A stretch of DNA of 64,000 nt, from positions 56,798 through 120,797 of the forward strand of contig JBFIJL010000001.1 in the NCBI GenBank assembly GCA_041600755.1, in the 5' to 3' direction. Origin of the DNA: Candidatus Saccharimonadales bacterium (lineage in GTDB: Bacteria > Patescibacteriota > Saccharimonadia > Saccharimonadales > JAXHNE01). The translations under genes were made by a program, and so were the position numbers. The notes below the pieces were generated by a model. It saw nothing but the letters and a program-made list of their open reading frames with translations, did not search any database and was not told the DNA's origin. Positions 29,325-39,314 of the stretch are shown in pieces; within the stretch, counting starts at the first letter, position 1; each line of letters begins with the position of its first letter.

Positions 29325-29657
29325 ATGTCTAAGTTTATCCTACTTTACAAAGGTCCAGCCACACCTACAGAGCAAATGAGCGCTGAACAAACAAAAAAAA
29401 TTATGGGGGCATGGCAAGCCTGGATGCAAAAGCTTGGTTCTGCAATGATCGACGTGGGTCAGCCGATGACCAACGGCAAGTCTATGGTCGACGACGGCTC
29501 GAAAGGTCATGCACTCGATCTAACAGGCTACAGCATCATCGAGGCCACAGATATCAACGAGGCAAGTAAGCTAGTGGAAGGTCATCCATTCTTGAGTGAT
29601 AAATCCGGTAAGTTTAGTGTGGAATTGTTTGAACTTGCTCCAGTACCTGACATGTAA
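29325..29657 (+). CDS. YCII-related (YciI-like) protein
   Basis: KFILLY, WQAW, GYSIIEA, GHP pattern; GGGAGG SD. Confidence 0.75.
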   Translation: MSKFILLYKGPATPTEQMSAEQTKKIMGAWQAWMQKLGSAMIDVGQPMTNGKSMVDDGSKGHALDLTGYSIIEATDINEASKLVEGHPFLSDKSGKFSVELFELAPVPDM

Positions 29658-29902
29658 CTTCTTCTTTAGATATTTTTTACGTCACTAAGATAGTAGTGAT
29701 CCGTTACCAGCCCTGTTCTCTGCATTCCGTAGTACATATGGCATGGGCAAGATAGCTGTCAGTGCATCTAGGGCAACATACAGTTAGGATCACACTACTC
29801 AAAATGGCATTGATGACGTCTTTACCTCAACTATAATTTCACATTCTGGCCTCCTGGCCATTTGCTCTTAAGCCTCTTGGCTATCTGCTATACTGATTCG
29901 TA

Positions 29903-30880
29903 ATGCTAATAAGTATCTTCTCTGTTGCTGTTGGTCTCGCGATCTTAATTCTGGGGGCAGAAGGGCTGGTTCGTGGAGCGGCATCACTGGCGGCCCGCTT
30001 TCATGTTTCGCCTCTTGTTATTGGCCTGACTATAGTATCCTTCGGAACATCTGCTCCGGAACTTACCGTCAACCTCATATCTGCCATAAATGGATCGTCT
30101 GAGCTGGCGATCGGCAACGTAATTGGTAGCAGCATTGCCAATATTCTACTCGTACTCGGCATTAGCTCGCTGATTGTGCCGCTCACCGTTAAGGCGTCTA
30201 CAATTTATAAAGAAATTCCATTTGCACTGCTCGGTGTCAGTTTGGTGTTTGTAATGGCGAATGACCATCTCTTTGATGGCACTGTCGGTAACGTATTGAG
30301 CCGCACAGATGGTATTGCGCTTATCTCTATGATGGGTATTTTTATATACTACATTTACGGACTTGCAAAAGACGAAAAGAGGCAACAAGAGCAAATAACT
30401 GAAGCTGGCGACGAGGCCAATCGCTACGACACCTTTGCATCTGTACTTCTAGCAGTCGGAGGGCTCGCAGGGCTCGTCCTGGGGGGTCGACTACTTGTCA
30501 ATGGAGCAGTTTCAATTGCCGGCTCGTTTGGAGTATCTGAATCGCTGATTGGGCTAACCGTAGTAGCCCTTGGGACCTCGCTACCAGAACTTGCCACCTC
30601 GATCATTGCTGCACTCAAAAAACACTCTGACATCGCAATTGGTAACGCTGTCGGATCTAACATCTTCAACGTATTTTTTGTACTTGGCACAACCAGTACA
30701 ATCTTGCCACTACCTTTCACGACTGCCATAAATGTTGACGTACTCTTCGCCGTTGCCGCTATGATCATGCTGTTTATTTTTATGTTTATCGGCAGCAAGC
30801 ATAAGCTTACAAAGTTTGAAGGTTCAATTCTTTTAAGTACTTATATCATCTATATGATTTCACTAGCAATAAGAAGCTAG
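29903..30880 (+). CDS. Ca2+/Na+ antiporter (YrbG/CaCA family)
   Basis: Two alpha repeats GTSAPE / GTSLPE; GNVIGSSI / GNAVGSNI. Confidence 0.93.
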   Translation: MLISIFSVAVGLAILILGAEGLVRGAASLAARFHVSPLVIGLTIVSFGTSAPELTVNLISAINGSSELAIGNVIGSSIANILLVLGISSLIVPLTVKASTIYKEIPFALLGVSLVFVMANDHLFDGTVGNVLSRTDGIALISMMGIFIYYIYGLAKDEKRQQEQITEAGDEANRYDTFASVLLAVGGLAGLVLGGRLLVNGAVSIAGSFGVSESLIGLTVVALGTSLPELATSIIAALKKHSDIAIGNAVGSNIFNVFFVLGTTSTILPLPFTTAINVDVLFAVAAMIMLFIFMFIGSKHKLTKFEGSILLSTYIIYMISLAIRS

Positions 30881-30903
30881 ACTCATAAAGTCCGAAGCAC
30901 AAA

Positions 30904-30935
30904 TAAAAACACCCCACCTAAGTGGGGTGTTTTTA
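30904..30935. terminator. Bidirectional intrinsic terminator
   Basis: taaaaacaccccac-ctaa-gtggggtgttttta between convergent genes. Confidence 0.85.
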
Positions 30936-30950
30936 TGACTTGTTACTAAA

Positions 30951-31235
30951 TTAGTAACGAGGCCGGTCGTCACGACGTGGACGCTCTTCACGAGGTCGCG
31001 CTTCGTTAACGATAATGCTTCGTCCACCCATGTCTGAGTTGTTAAGCTGATCGATTGCTTTCTTAGCATCGTCGTCGCCTTCCATCTCGACAAAACCAAA
31101 TCCTTTAGATCGGTTTGTGTCACGGTCTACGATGACTTTAGCTGACTTTACTGCACCGATAGCTGCAAAAGCCTCTTCGAGTTGTGCATCGTCAACTGAG
31201 TACGGAAGACCGCCTACAAATAGATTAGTTGCCAT
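30951..31235 (-). CDS. RRM RNA-binding protein
   Basis: RNP2 LFVGGL, RNP1 KGFGFVEM, VNEARP; AGGAG SD before MATN. Confidence 0.93.
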   Translation of the reverse strand: MATNLFVGGLPYSVDDAQLEEAFAAIGAVKSAKVIVDRDTNRSKGFGFVEMEGDDDAKKAIDQLNNSDMGGRSIIVNEARPREERPRRDDRPRY

Positions 31236-31461
31236 TATTGATTCTCCTTTTGTTCTACTAAGGAATCTTGCAACCCATTTTACTGAGAATTCAGATAGCT
31301 GCCCCTTGACGTGAACGTTGATTGTTAAACCTAGAACACTTCTTCTTACGAATTCGTAGCAGCTATTTTCTAGTACCAGCATTATAACAGTAGTCAGCAA
31401 TATCACCAACAAATAAATTTAACTTTATGTAAAGTGATTCTGCTTGGTATACTAGGATGCA

Positions 31462-31902
31462 ATGAGGGCAGCACGAGCAATTATTATCAAAGACGGCAAG
31501 CTTCTTGTCATGTTTCGCAACAAGCACGGAAACAAATACTACACATTGGTCGGTGGCAAGGTTGATGACGACGAGACCATTGAACAGGCGTTAATCCGTG
31601 AGACCCACGAAGAAACTGGCATGAAGATAATTGCCGCTACGCATGTCTTCACCGAGCTACATAAGCCACCATACAACGAACAATATATCTACTACTGTAA
31701 TTTCACTGAAGATTCCGACATGAAGATTCAAACCTATGCCGAGGAAGCAATCATGAACAAGATCGGCATCAATACCCATAAACCGATGTGGGTTGACCTG
31801 AGAAATATACGATCGATCCCTTTCCGCACCCCACAATTACTTGATGCAGTTCTGGGCGGAATAAAAGACGGCTTTCCCGAAACCCCACAACAAATTAACT
31901 AA
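31462..31902 (+). CDS. NUDIX hydrolase
   Basis: GGKVDDDETIEQALIRETHEETG Nudix box. Confidence 0.9.
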   Translation: MRAARAIIIKDGKLLVMFRNKHGNKYYTLVGGKVDDDETIEQALIRETHEETGMKIIAATHVFTELHKPPYNEQYIYYCNFTEDSDMKIQTYAEEAIMNKIGINTHKPMWVDLRNIRSIPFRTPQLLDAVLGGIKDGFPETPQQIN

Positions 31903-31913
31903 AAGGAGTTGTT

Positions 31914-32414
31914 ATGCAGCGAACTACATACTTGGCCGGTGGTTGCTTCTGGGGGCTAGAGGAGCTATTCAGAGCGGAGCCAGGCGTCATTCAAACCGAG
32001 GTTGGCTACTGTGGAGGAAGTAATGAAAATCCAACTTACGAAAATCATCCAGGTCACGCAGAAACCTTGGCAGTCACCTATGACGATGCAGCGACAAGCC
32101 TAGAGTTGCTTTTGGATTTCTTTTTTCGCATACATGATCCAACAACACTCAATCAACAGGGCAATGACCGCGGCACCTCATACCGCTCTACGATTTTCTA
32201 TCAAAGCGATGAAGAACTATCAATCGCCAAGATGATGATTGCGCGAGTTGATGCATCGGATCGCTGGCCGCACCCCGTAGTTACATCACTTGAACCGTTC
32301 ACCAAATTCTGGACCGCCGAAGATTATCACCAGGATTATTTGCAAAAAAATCCTGGTGGCTATACCTGTCATTCGCTCAGGTTTGAAGATGTTTTTCCTG
32401 ACACTGCCCAATAG
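31914..32414 (+). CDS. msrA: Peptide methionine sulfoxide reductase A
   Basis: AGGCFWG, HDPT, QGNDRGTSYRS, AEDYHQDY. Confidence 0.96.
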   Translation: MQRTTYLAGGCFWGLEELFRAEPGVIQTEVGYCGGSNENPTYENHPGHAETLAVTYDDAATSLELLLDFFFRIHDPTTLNQQGNDRGTSYRSTIFYQSDEELSIAKMMIARVDASDRWPHPVVTSLEPFTKFWTAEDYHQDYLQKNPGGYTCHSLRFEDVFPDTAQ

Positions 32415-32422
32415 ACAGATAT

Positions 32423-32938
32423 CTAAAGTTTTCTACTGTCATACGCCCAATGAAGCAATGCCTGACGTTGACGCGGGCGGCATGATTCATCACCTACGTT
32501 ACAGTTTTTCTTTAGCTGCGACACGTGACGTCGCATTGCCTTCCAGCGCTTGATTTGCCTCTCGTCTTCTTTGGTTATTCTTCGCCCCAGATAGTATCGG
32601 CAATACCACAAAAACCAACCTTTTGGGTCTTCAAAGTATATCCATCCCCTTTTTTGCCACTCTTCTAAAGATTTACTAGCGTTAATTTTGAAATAATTCA
32701 ACTGCTTATCTGAAGTTCCAATTTTTGAAAACCTCACTCCGTCAAACCATTCATCTGGAAACTCATGGGGTGGTTCTGTGAAATAGTCACCCCCAAATAC
32801 TCCAAGACTCAGCATTTCGCTTGGAGTTAAATCTGGAGTAAAGTTGTGTGAAAAATGCTTACCAGCCGATTCGGTCAATGTATACGAATACCCTGATTGA
32901 TACAGCTCGTTGACTTCGACAACTGAGCCTTTCTGCAT
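32423..32938 (-). CDS. Conserved hypothetical Trp-rich protein
   Basis: TPSEMLSLGVFGG, GWFLWYCRYYLGRR, DERQIKRW, RQALLHWA. Confidence 0.75.
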   Translation of the reverse strand: MQKGSVVEVNELYQSGYSYTLTESAGKHFSHNFTPDLTPSEMLSLGVFGGDYFTEPPHEFPDEWFDGVRFSKIGTSDKQLNYFKINASKSLEEWQKRGWIYFEDPKGWFLWYCRYYLGRRITKEDERQIKRWKAMRRHVSQLKKNCNVGDESCRPRQRQALLHWAYDSRKL

Positions 32939-33414
32939 CAGACAAGCTCGATTAATTCAACAACTTGTCGCATGCGGTGATTGTCGTCAGGAAACATATC
33001 AATAAGTCCAACTGACTTTAGCGTAAACTGTTCACCCTCTTGGACGCGCCCGCTACGCTGAGCAGTCACATGGGGAGTATTATTTTCACCTGTGTAATGA
33101 GACTCAACAAACTTTATGCCTAGAGGCAAGAAACTGTTGATGACTGCTTGGTGCTGGAACAGTAAGTCCTCGTTGGCTTCAACAAGATTCGCTCGTGTTG
33201 CTCCCCATACTACCTCGTGGGACGCAACACGTTTGCGCCGTATGTTGAATTTGATGTCTCGAAATACTTCAATAACTTCTGGGGCTTCAGCATCAACGCC
33301 AAATGCCGGCGCAATCGTACAGTGCAGCGGCCATTCGCTTGCAAGAAACAACGATCCTTTTGCTGTACGGTCAATAAATCCAACGATACACCATTTTTGT
33401 GAATAGGCAGTCAT
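32938..33414 (-). CDS. 2H phosphoesterase (2'-5' RNA ligase family)
   Basis: Two HxT motifs: LHCTI and PHVTA. Confidence 0.75.
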   Translation of the reverse strand: MTAYSQKWCIVGFIDRTAKGSLFLASEWPLHCTIAPAFGVDAEAPEVIEVFRDIKFNIRRKRVASHEVVWGATRANLVEANEDLLFQHQAVINSFLPLGIKFVESHYTGENNTPHVTAQRSGRVQEGEQFTLKSVGLIDMFPDDNHRMRQVVELIELV

Positions 33415-33457
33415 GCTCTTAATAATAACAAAACTCAACCATTGGTTGAGTTCAATT

Positions 33458-33617
33458 TGGTGCACCCGGTAGGATTACATAGTATATTCTGCCCGTATTG
33501 CCTGTAAATTCAGGCGGGAGAATATCGAACCTTGACGGTTCGACTTGCCTAGGCAAGTAAACCAAGTAAAATACCCATCCAAAGATGGGCACTTTACTTG
33601 GTGCACCCGGTAGGATT
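33458..33617. repeat. tRNA-Arg-linked unit bounded by 19-bp repeat TGGTGCACCCGGTAGGATT, period 141 bp
   Basis: Copies at 33458 and 33599; each lies next to a hairpin. Confidence 0.9.
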
Positions 33618-33675
33618 CGAACCTACGACACCTGGTTCCGAAGACCAGTGCTCTAATCCGCTGAGCTACGGGTGC
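33599..33675 (-). tRNA. tRNA-Arg (TCG)
   Basis: GCACCCGTAGCTCAG...CTGGT-CTTCGGA-ACCAG...GGTTCGAATCC...CCA. Confidence 0.96.
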
Positions 33676-33709
33676 ATATTGCGACTAACGGAGGTAAATT
33701 ATAGCAGGT

Positions 33710-34255
33710 TTATTCTGTTTTGTCTTTTTTTTGGTCTGTGGGAGGTAGCTGCTTTTGATCGTTCAACTCTAAAGTTTTAGTCAGGACATCCAACACGCTT
33801 CTGGCATGTTCTTTGCTCATGCCGACTCGAGATACAATAATTGGCTGATTGCCAGGTCCGGAGCCCTGCATGAAATTCATGATGACGCCATAGTTGTTCA
33901 CGCTTACGTGCACCATATCTGTGTAAGAAATCTTGAGCTCATCTGGAGACACGATCGCCGTGCCCTTCACAAAAGAATCATTTGTTGACTCGCCGCCAGA
34001 CAGTGAGGTCTTATCAAACTCTGCCAATTCCCAGACTCTAACTGCTTCGTCTTCTTTGATGCTGAAATGACTAATTAGAAGTAGAAGTATGTCTTCGCTA
34101 GGACGTTTTACTCCGAGCTCAATATCGCTTAACTGAGATGGGTCAACTTCAACAGCACCCGAAACTTCAGCGAGAGATTCCTGTAGATTCACACGAAGTT
34201 GTTTCAGGTAACGACCGAGTCGTTTATAAGGATATTGCTCTTGTTGCTTTCCCAT
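33710..34255 (-). CDS. XRE-family HTH protein with C-terminal DUF3467-like domain
   Basis: LKQLR...SLAEVS...LSDIELGVKRPS; C-terminal YTDMV...VIMNF...VSRVGMSKEHA. Confidence 0.75.
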   Translation of the reverse strand: MGKQQEQYPYKRLGRYLKQLRVNLQESLAEVSGAVEVDPSQLSDIELGVKRPSEDILLLLISHFSIKEDEAVRVWELAEFDKTSLSGGESTNDSFVKGTAIVSPDELKISYTDMVHVSVNNYGVIMNFMQGSGPGNQPIIVSRVGMSKEHARSVLDVLTKTLELNDQKQLPPTDQKKDKTE

Positions 34256-34347
34256 TGCACCATAATGGTACGAAAGTGTGAGCCAGGTTGCAAGCAGAAC
34301 CATAAAACAAACTAGAAAAATACTCCAACTCGTGCCAGACTAGTGCC

Positions 34348-35376
34348 ATGTTGGTGCTTAATAACGTCCCTTTGCAAGCCTATTCAACCATGCGACTTGG
34401 TGGTGAGGCGGCATATCTTGTAGAAGTAACGAACAAGTTCGAAATCAGTGAAGCTGTTACATGGGCAGAAAACAGAAATCTACCCGTTACTACCGTAGGT
34501 GAAGGAAGTAACGTTATCTGGAGCGATGACGGCTTTCCAGGCCTTGTAATAGTTAACAAAATACCAGGATTTGAAGTTCAAGAGCGAGATGATGAAAACG
34601 TCTACATAACTGTTGGTGCAGGCGAGAATTGGGATGAAGTCGTTAAACGAAGCGTCGAGCTGGGCTTATCGGGCATCGAAACACTCTCTCTTATACCGGG
34701 GACTGCTGGCGCAACACCAATACAGAATGTTGGCGCCTACGGCACAGAAATAGCCGACGTTTTGGTGACCATTGAAGCCTACGACGTAACCGCTAAATCT
34801 CTTGTTACGCTGCGTGCCAGCGATTGCGATCTTGGCTACAGAACTAGTATGTTCAAAACAACCAAGAAAGATGCGTACATCATCTCTGCCATAACGATTA
34901 GACTTTCAAGAATAAACATGGAGCCTCCATTTTACGCATCACTTCAAACCTACATTGAAGCTCACGACATCTCTAACTTATCTCCATCGGCAATTCGCGA
35001 AGCAGTTATTTCAATCAGGACAAGCAAGCTTCCAGATCCAAAATCTATCGCAAACAATGGGTCTTTTTTTCAAAATCCAATAATCACAGCTGAGGTGCAG
35101 CGCAATATTCTTGCAAGGTTTCCTGACATTCCATACTGGCAGGCCGGCGACGATGGAAGCTACAAGCTTTCTGCAGCTTGGCTTGTAGAACAAGTTGGTT
35201 TTAAAGATTTTCACGATACAGTAACCGGCATGGGTACATGGAGCAAGCAACCACTCGTGCTCGTAAATGAGCATGCGAAATCAACGGCAGATTTATTAAA
35301 GTTCCGAGATAAAATTACAGATGCTGTTCACCAAAAATTCGGCATTAAACTAATCCAAGAGCCAGAATTGAAGTAG
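34348..35376 (+). CDS. murB: UDP-N-acetylenolpyruvoylglucosamine reductase
   Basis: GEGSNV, IPGTAGATPIQNVGAYG, YRTSMFK, GSFFQNP, LIQEP. Confidence 0.96.
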   Translation: MLVLNNVPLQAYSTMRLGGEAAYLVEVTNKFEISEAVTWAENRNLPVTTVGEGSNVIWSDDGFPGLVIVNKIPGFEVQERDDENVYITVGAGENWDEVVKRSVELGLSGIETLSLIPGTAGATPIQNVGAYGTEIADVLVTIEAYDVTAKSLVTLRASDCDLGYRTSMFKTTKKDAYIISAITIRLSRINMEPPFYASLQTYIEAHDISNLSPSAIREAVISIRTSKLPDPKSIANNGSFFQNPIITAEVQRNILARFPDIPYWQAGDDGSYKLSAAWLVEQVGFKDFHDTVTGMGTWSKQPLVLVNEHAKSTADLLKFRDKITDAVHQKFGIKLIQEPELK

Positions 35377-35379
35377 TCC

Positions 35380-35817
35380 ATGGACGAAAGCAAACAGTTT
35401 GAAGCATTGAACGAGCTCAATAGTATTGAAGACTTGAGCCAAATCAGACACCTAGTGGCTCGAACTGCCGTGCAGCGAACAGTTCTCGAACTTTGGCACC
35501 CCTGCAGTTCGAAGGCCGAGACTATATGGCAAAGCGAAATGGTAAAAAATGCCTATCGACGTCTCGTTCAAATAGATTTTTATAATCCATCTATCGACGA
35601 AATCGATCCAGCCAACGAAGCCCAGAAGAGAAATGATCAATACCTTCAAATTCTTGATTTTCGTGGCTGTCCACTAGAGCCGGCAGCGCTCGCACCGCTC
35701 CAGCCAGATTCATTTTTGAGCTTGCCACGTGACTTATTTATCGAAAGCCAACAAATGAGATTATCTCTTACTGCAATCTATGGTCATGAATCACCACTCA
35801 GTGATGACCTTGCGTAG
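35380..35817 (+). CDS. Hypothetical protein
   Basis: 145-aa ORF starting just after murB. Confidence 0.55.
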   Translation: MDESKQFEALNELNSIEDLSQIRHLVARTAVQRTVLELWHPCSSKAETIWQSEMVKNAYRRLVQIDFYNPSIDEIDPANEAQKRNDQYLQILDFRGCPLEPAALAPLQPDSFLSLPRDLFIESQQMRLSLTAIYGHESPLSDDLA

Positions 35818-35823
35818 TCTGCT

Positions 35824-37083
35824 CTAGCTTGGCAATGGAAACCCTTTTGCAAAATCTATCACTTCATTGCGAATAGATTGCAATTTGTCTTGATTCTCGT
35901 AATTTTTTATAGCCTGGTTGATCCATTCAGCAACCAGTACCATTTCCGCTTCTTTCATTCCACGCGTCGTGAGTGCTGGCGTGCCTAGGCGTAGACCACT
36001 CGGATCGAATGGCTTACGCGTATCAAAAGGCACCGTGTTCTTATTTGCAGTAATGCCGACAGCGCCAAGTGCATTCTCTGCCTGCTTGCCAGTAATGCTT
36101 TTATTTTGCAAGTTTATCAGCAGTAGATGATTGTCTGTGCCACCGGTTATCAGCTGGAAATCCTTTTTATTGAGCTCATCTGCCAACACCTGTGCGTTTT
36201 TCACCACCTGTGCTCCATATTGCCTAAACTCATCAGTTGCCGCTTCCTTGAGCGCCACTGCGATCGCTGCGGTCTGATGATTGTGTGGACCGCCCTGAAG
36301 CCCAGGAATTATCGCCCGATCAATCAACGATGGGATGTTCTCTTTGGTTCGCTCCACCTTCTTTAGTGGCGTCGATGGGTTCCCATTACTCATAATCAGT
36401 GCTCCACGTGGGCCTCGAAGAGTTTTATGAGTAGTCGTAGTAATCACATCTGCAATGCCCGCTGGCGAAGGATGTACGCCCGCTACAACTAATCCTGCAA
36501 TGTGCGAAATATCTGCCAAAAACCATGCGCCAACAGAATCAGCAATTTCACGCAGTCGTTGCCAATCAAAAATTCTTGGATAGGCCGTAGCCCCGGCAAT
36601 CAATAAACGTGGCTTATGTTCAAGAGCCAGCGCAGCTATGGCATCATAGTCAAGATACCCATCCTTGCCTGTCTGATAACCAACTGAATTGTAAAGTGTG
36701 CCTGAAAAATTCACTTTCAATCCATGAGTTAAATGTCCGCCAAAATACATATCTAGCCCCATGACTGTGTCACCCGGATCTAACAACGCATAATAGGCTG
36801 CGAGATTCGCAGGAGAACCTGAATAAGCCTGAACGTTCACATGATCGACTCCAAAAAGCTTCTTGGCGCGATCACGTGCAATGTTCTCTACCTGATCCAC
36901 ATACTCACATCCACCGTAGTATCGTGATCCTGGATAACCTTCTGAGTATTTATCTGTAAGTCGAGAGCCAAGTGCCTTCAACACCGCTCCAGACGTATGA
37001 TTTTCACTAGGAATCATTTCAAGACCCTCGGCTTGTCGTGCAGTTTCTTTCGCAATAAGTGTTTCAATCTCTGTATCGTGCAT
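35824..37083 (-). CDS. glyA: Serine hydroxymethyltransferase
   Basis: KYSEGYPG.RYYGG, GGHLTHG, TTTHKTLRGPRG, SGLRLGTP. Confidence 0.97.
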   Translation of the reverse strand: MHDTEIETLIAKETARQAEGLEMIPSENHTSGAVLKALGSRLTDKYSEGYPGSRYYGGCEYVDQVENIARDRAKKLFGVDHVNVQAYSGSPANLAAYYALLDPGDTVMGLDMYFGGHLTHGLKVNFSGTLYNSVGYQTGKDGYLDYDAIAALALEHKPRLLIAGATAYPRIFDWQRLREIADSVGAWFLADISHIAGLVVAGVHPSPAGIADVITTTTHKTLRGPRGALIMSNGNPSTPLKKVERTKENIPSLIDRAIIPGLQGGPHNHQTAAIAVALKEAATDEFRQYGAQVVKNAQVLADELNKKDFQLITGGTDNHLLLINLQNKSITGKQAENALGAVGITANKNTVPFDTRKPFDPSGLRLGTPALTTRGMKEAEMVLVAEWINQAIKNYENQDKLQSIRNEVIDFAKGFPLPS

Positions 37084-37208
37084 AAAATCTCCTGTGTTTA
37101 ATAGCCTGAAAATTAAGTGGAAAACTATATCATGAGTCTATTTTAGCACTACCCACAGCACAAGAATCATTATTGATTCTAATATCACATTTGATATAAT
37201 TACAGACT

Positions 37209-38729
37209 ATGATGAACACCAACGAAAAAATAGGCAATCTTATTTACCAACTACGACAAGAGCGCGGTTTAACTCAAGCAGAGTTTGCGCGCAAGATGGG
37301 CACCAGCCAAAGTGCCATAAACCGCATCGAAAAAGGTAGACAAAATCTCAGCCTAGAAACACTTGGACGAATAAGTGACGTATTACAGAAACCAATAATC
37401 ACTATTTCAGGCCAGTCAATAAACTTTCGGGTTGAAGGTGGACACGAGCTTTCAGGCACCATAGAAACAAAAAGCGCAAAGAATAGCGCAGTTGCTTTGC
37501 TGTGCGCAAGCTTACTAAACAAAGGGACGACAAAGCTTATTAACGTTCCTCGCATTGAGGAAGTAAATCGTATAGTTGAAGTGCTTCAGAGTATTGGAGT
37601 GAGCATAAAATGGTTCAACGGAAACTCTCTCGAGATTAAGCCGCCAGAAACACTGGACCTTAGCAACATTGACGCACAGTCGGCACGACGCACCAGAAGC
37701 GTAATCATGCTTGCAGGACCCCTGCTGCACGAATTCAAAGAATTCAAAATACCATATGCCGGTGGATGCAAGCTCGGCAAACGATCTGTTCAGGCCCACC
37801 TATACGCTCTTGAGGACTTTGGGGTTGAAACAGACGTTGTAGTTGGTCACTACAAAATGACTGTCAAAGACCCCTCGGCTGCCGATGTCGTTCTATACGA
37901 AATGGGTGAAACACCGACTGAGAACATCTTGATGGCTGCGGCTCGCGCAACCGGCACATCAACTATCAAAATGGCGTCGTCAAACTATAACATTCAAGAC
38001 CTTTGTTATTTCCTTAAGAAATTAGGCGTGAAGATTCAGGGCATTGGCACATCAAATCTTACTATTACTGGTGTTCCAGAAATCAGAAAGAATATTTCAT
38101 ACCATGTATGTGAGGACCCGCTCGATTCAATGTTCTTCATATCTGCGGCAGTTGCAACTAATTCGCAAATTACCATTACCAACACACCAACAGATTTTCT
38201 TGAAGTTGAGCTTATGAAGCTCGATAAAATGGGACTTGAAATCAAACGAGAGAACACTCACACCAGCCCCAATGGCTGGACCCACCTTGAGGACATAACA
38301 ATCCACAAGCACGATGGAAAATTAAAAGCTCCTGTAGAAAAATTACATCCTTTGCCTTTCCCAGGATTACTCCCAGACAACTTGCCGTTCTTTGTGCCAA
38401 TAGCAGCTGTAGCCAAAGGCCAGACATTGCTGCACGATTGGATGTACGAAAACCGAGCCATATACTTTACTGAACTCAGTCGACTTGGGGCAAACGTGGA
38501 GCTAATCGATGCACACCGAGTTTACGTCAAAGGCGCCACCAAGTTCTCACCGGCCGACATTACATGCCCACCCGCACTTCGTCCTGCTGCAATCCTACTC
38601 ATCGGCATGCTTGCAGCCGACGGTACAAGCAAGCTACGTAATATCTACTCTATTGCGCGCGGTTATGAAAACATAGCTGAACGCCTCAATAGCATCGGTG
38701 CAAAAGTCGAAGTTCTCAACGAACTTTAA
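37209..38729 (+). CDS. murA: XRE-HTH fused UDP-N-acetylglucosamine 1-carboxyvinyltransferase
   Basis: N-terminal RGLTQAEFA...SQSAINRIEKG; AKNS, AGGCKLGKR, YENR, RGYE. Confidence 0.93.
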   Translation: MMNTNEKIGNLIYQLRQERGLTQAEFARKMGTSQSAINRIEKGRQNLSLETLGRISDVLQKPIITISGQSINFRVEGGHELSGTIETKSAKNSAVALLCASLLNKGTTKLINVPRIEEVNRIVEVLQSIGVSIKWFNGNSLEIKPPETLDLSNIDAQSARRTRSVIMLAGPLLHEFKEFKIPYAGGCKLGKRSVQAHLYALEDFGVETDVVVGHYKMTVKDPSAADVVLYEMGETPTENILMAAARATGTSTIKMASSNYNIQDLCYFLKKLGVKIQGIGTSNLTITGVPEIRKNISYHVCEDPLDSMFFISAAVATNSQITITNTPTDFLEVELMKLDKMGLEIKRENTHTSPNGWTHLEDITIHKHDGKLKAPVEKLHPLPFPGLLPDNLPFFVPIAAVAKGQTLLHDWMYENRAIYFTELSRLGANVELIDAHRVYVKGATKFSPADITCPPALRPAAILLIGMLAADGTSKLRNIYSIARGYENIAERLNSIGAKVEVLNEL

Positions 38730-38772
38730 TCCAAAATATGATATAAATAGATATTTCTGACTTGCTCTAATA

Positions 38773-39024
38773 TCATTTTTTCATATGCTTCACTACGATA
38801 TAGGTTCCTAACCATGAACCTGCTGCAAGTGGAATTATATACAGATAGTTTTTTACGTAGCTAATTACACCCAGTGCAAGCAAAAAATGCATTGCAGCAC
38901 CCGTAGTGGCCGACTTAAAGGCATCCCGGTTGACTACAGCTATCGTATAGTACGCGTACAGTCCATCCACTAAAGTGTATGCAACAAATACTCCAATTAC
39001 TAAAAGTAAATTATAGCCATCCAT
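38773..39024 (-). CDS. Small hypothetical membrane protein
   Basis: Three hydrophobic helices ending GSWLGTY; start uncertain. Confidence 0.6.
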   Translation of the reverse strand: MDGYNLLLVIGVFVAYTLVDGLYAYYTIAVVNRDAFKSATTGAAMHFLLALGVISYVKNYLYIIPLAAGSWLGTYIVVKHMKK

Positions 39025-39079
39025 TAAAGTTATCATATCAAAAAACAAAAACTTCTCCGATGAGAAGTTTTATGTAATT

Positions 39080-39157
39080 TGGGGCGAATGAGGGGAATCG
39101 AACCCCCGACCTTCTGAACCACAACCAGACGCTCTAACCAACTGAGCTACATCCGCC
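39080..39157 (-). tRNA. tRNA-His (GTG), with encoded G-1
   Basis: GGCGGATGTAGCTCAG...TTGTGGT...GGTTCGATTCC...CCCA; hairpin terminator 39047-39071. Confidence 0.95.
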
Positions 39158-39229
39158 AAGATATACGCGCTGAACTCCGCAATTATAGCCTTTTACCCCA
39201 ATAAAATCAATTATACATATACAAAATTA

Positions 39230-39307
39230 TGGTACCCCGGGAGGGACTCGAACCCCCGACCTAATGGTTAGAACCCACTTGCTCTAATCCAGCTGAGCTA
39301 CCGGGGC
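39230..39307 (-). tRNA. tRNA-Arg (TCT)
   Basis: GCCCCGGTAGCTCAG...AGTGG-GTTCTAA-CCATT...GGTTCGAGTCC...ACCA (unusual G32). Confidence 0.9.
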
Positions 39308-39314
39308 GTACCTT

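Noticed and set aside
33598-33780. ORF MVHPVGFEPTTPGS
   Set aside because: Antisense translation of tRNA-Arg
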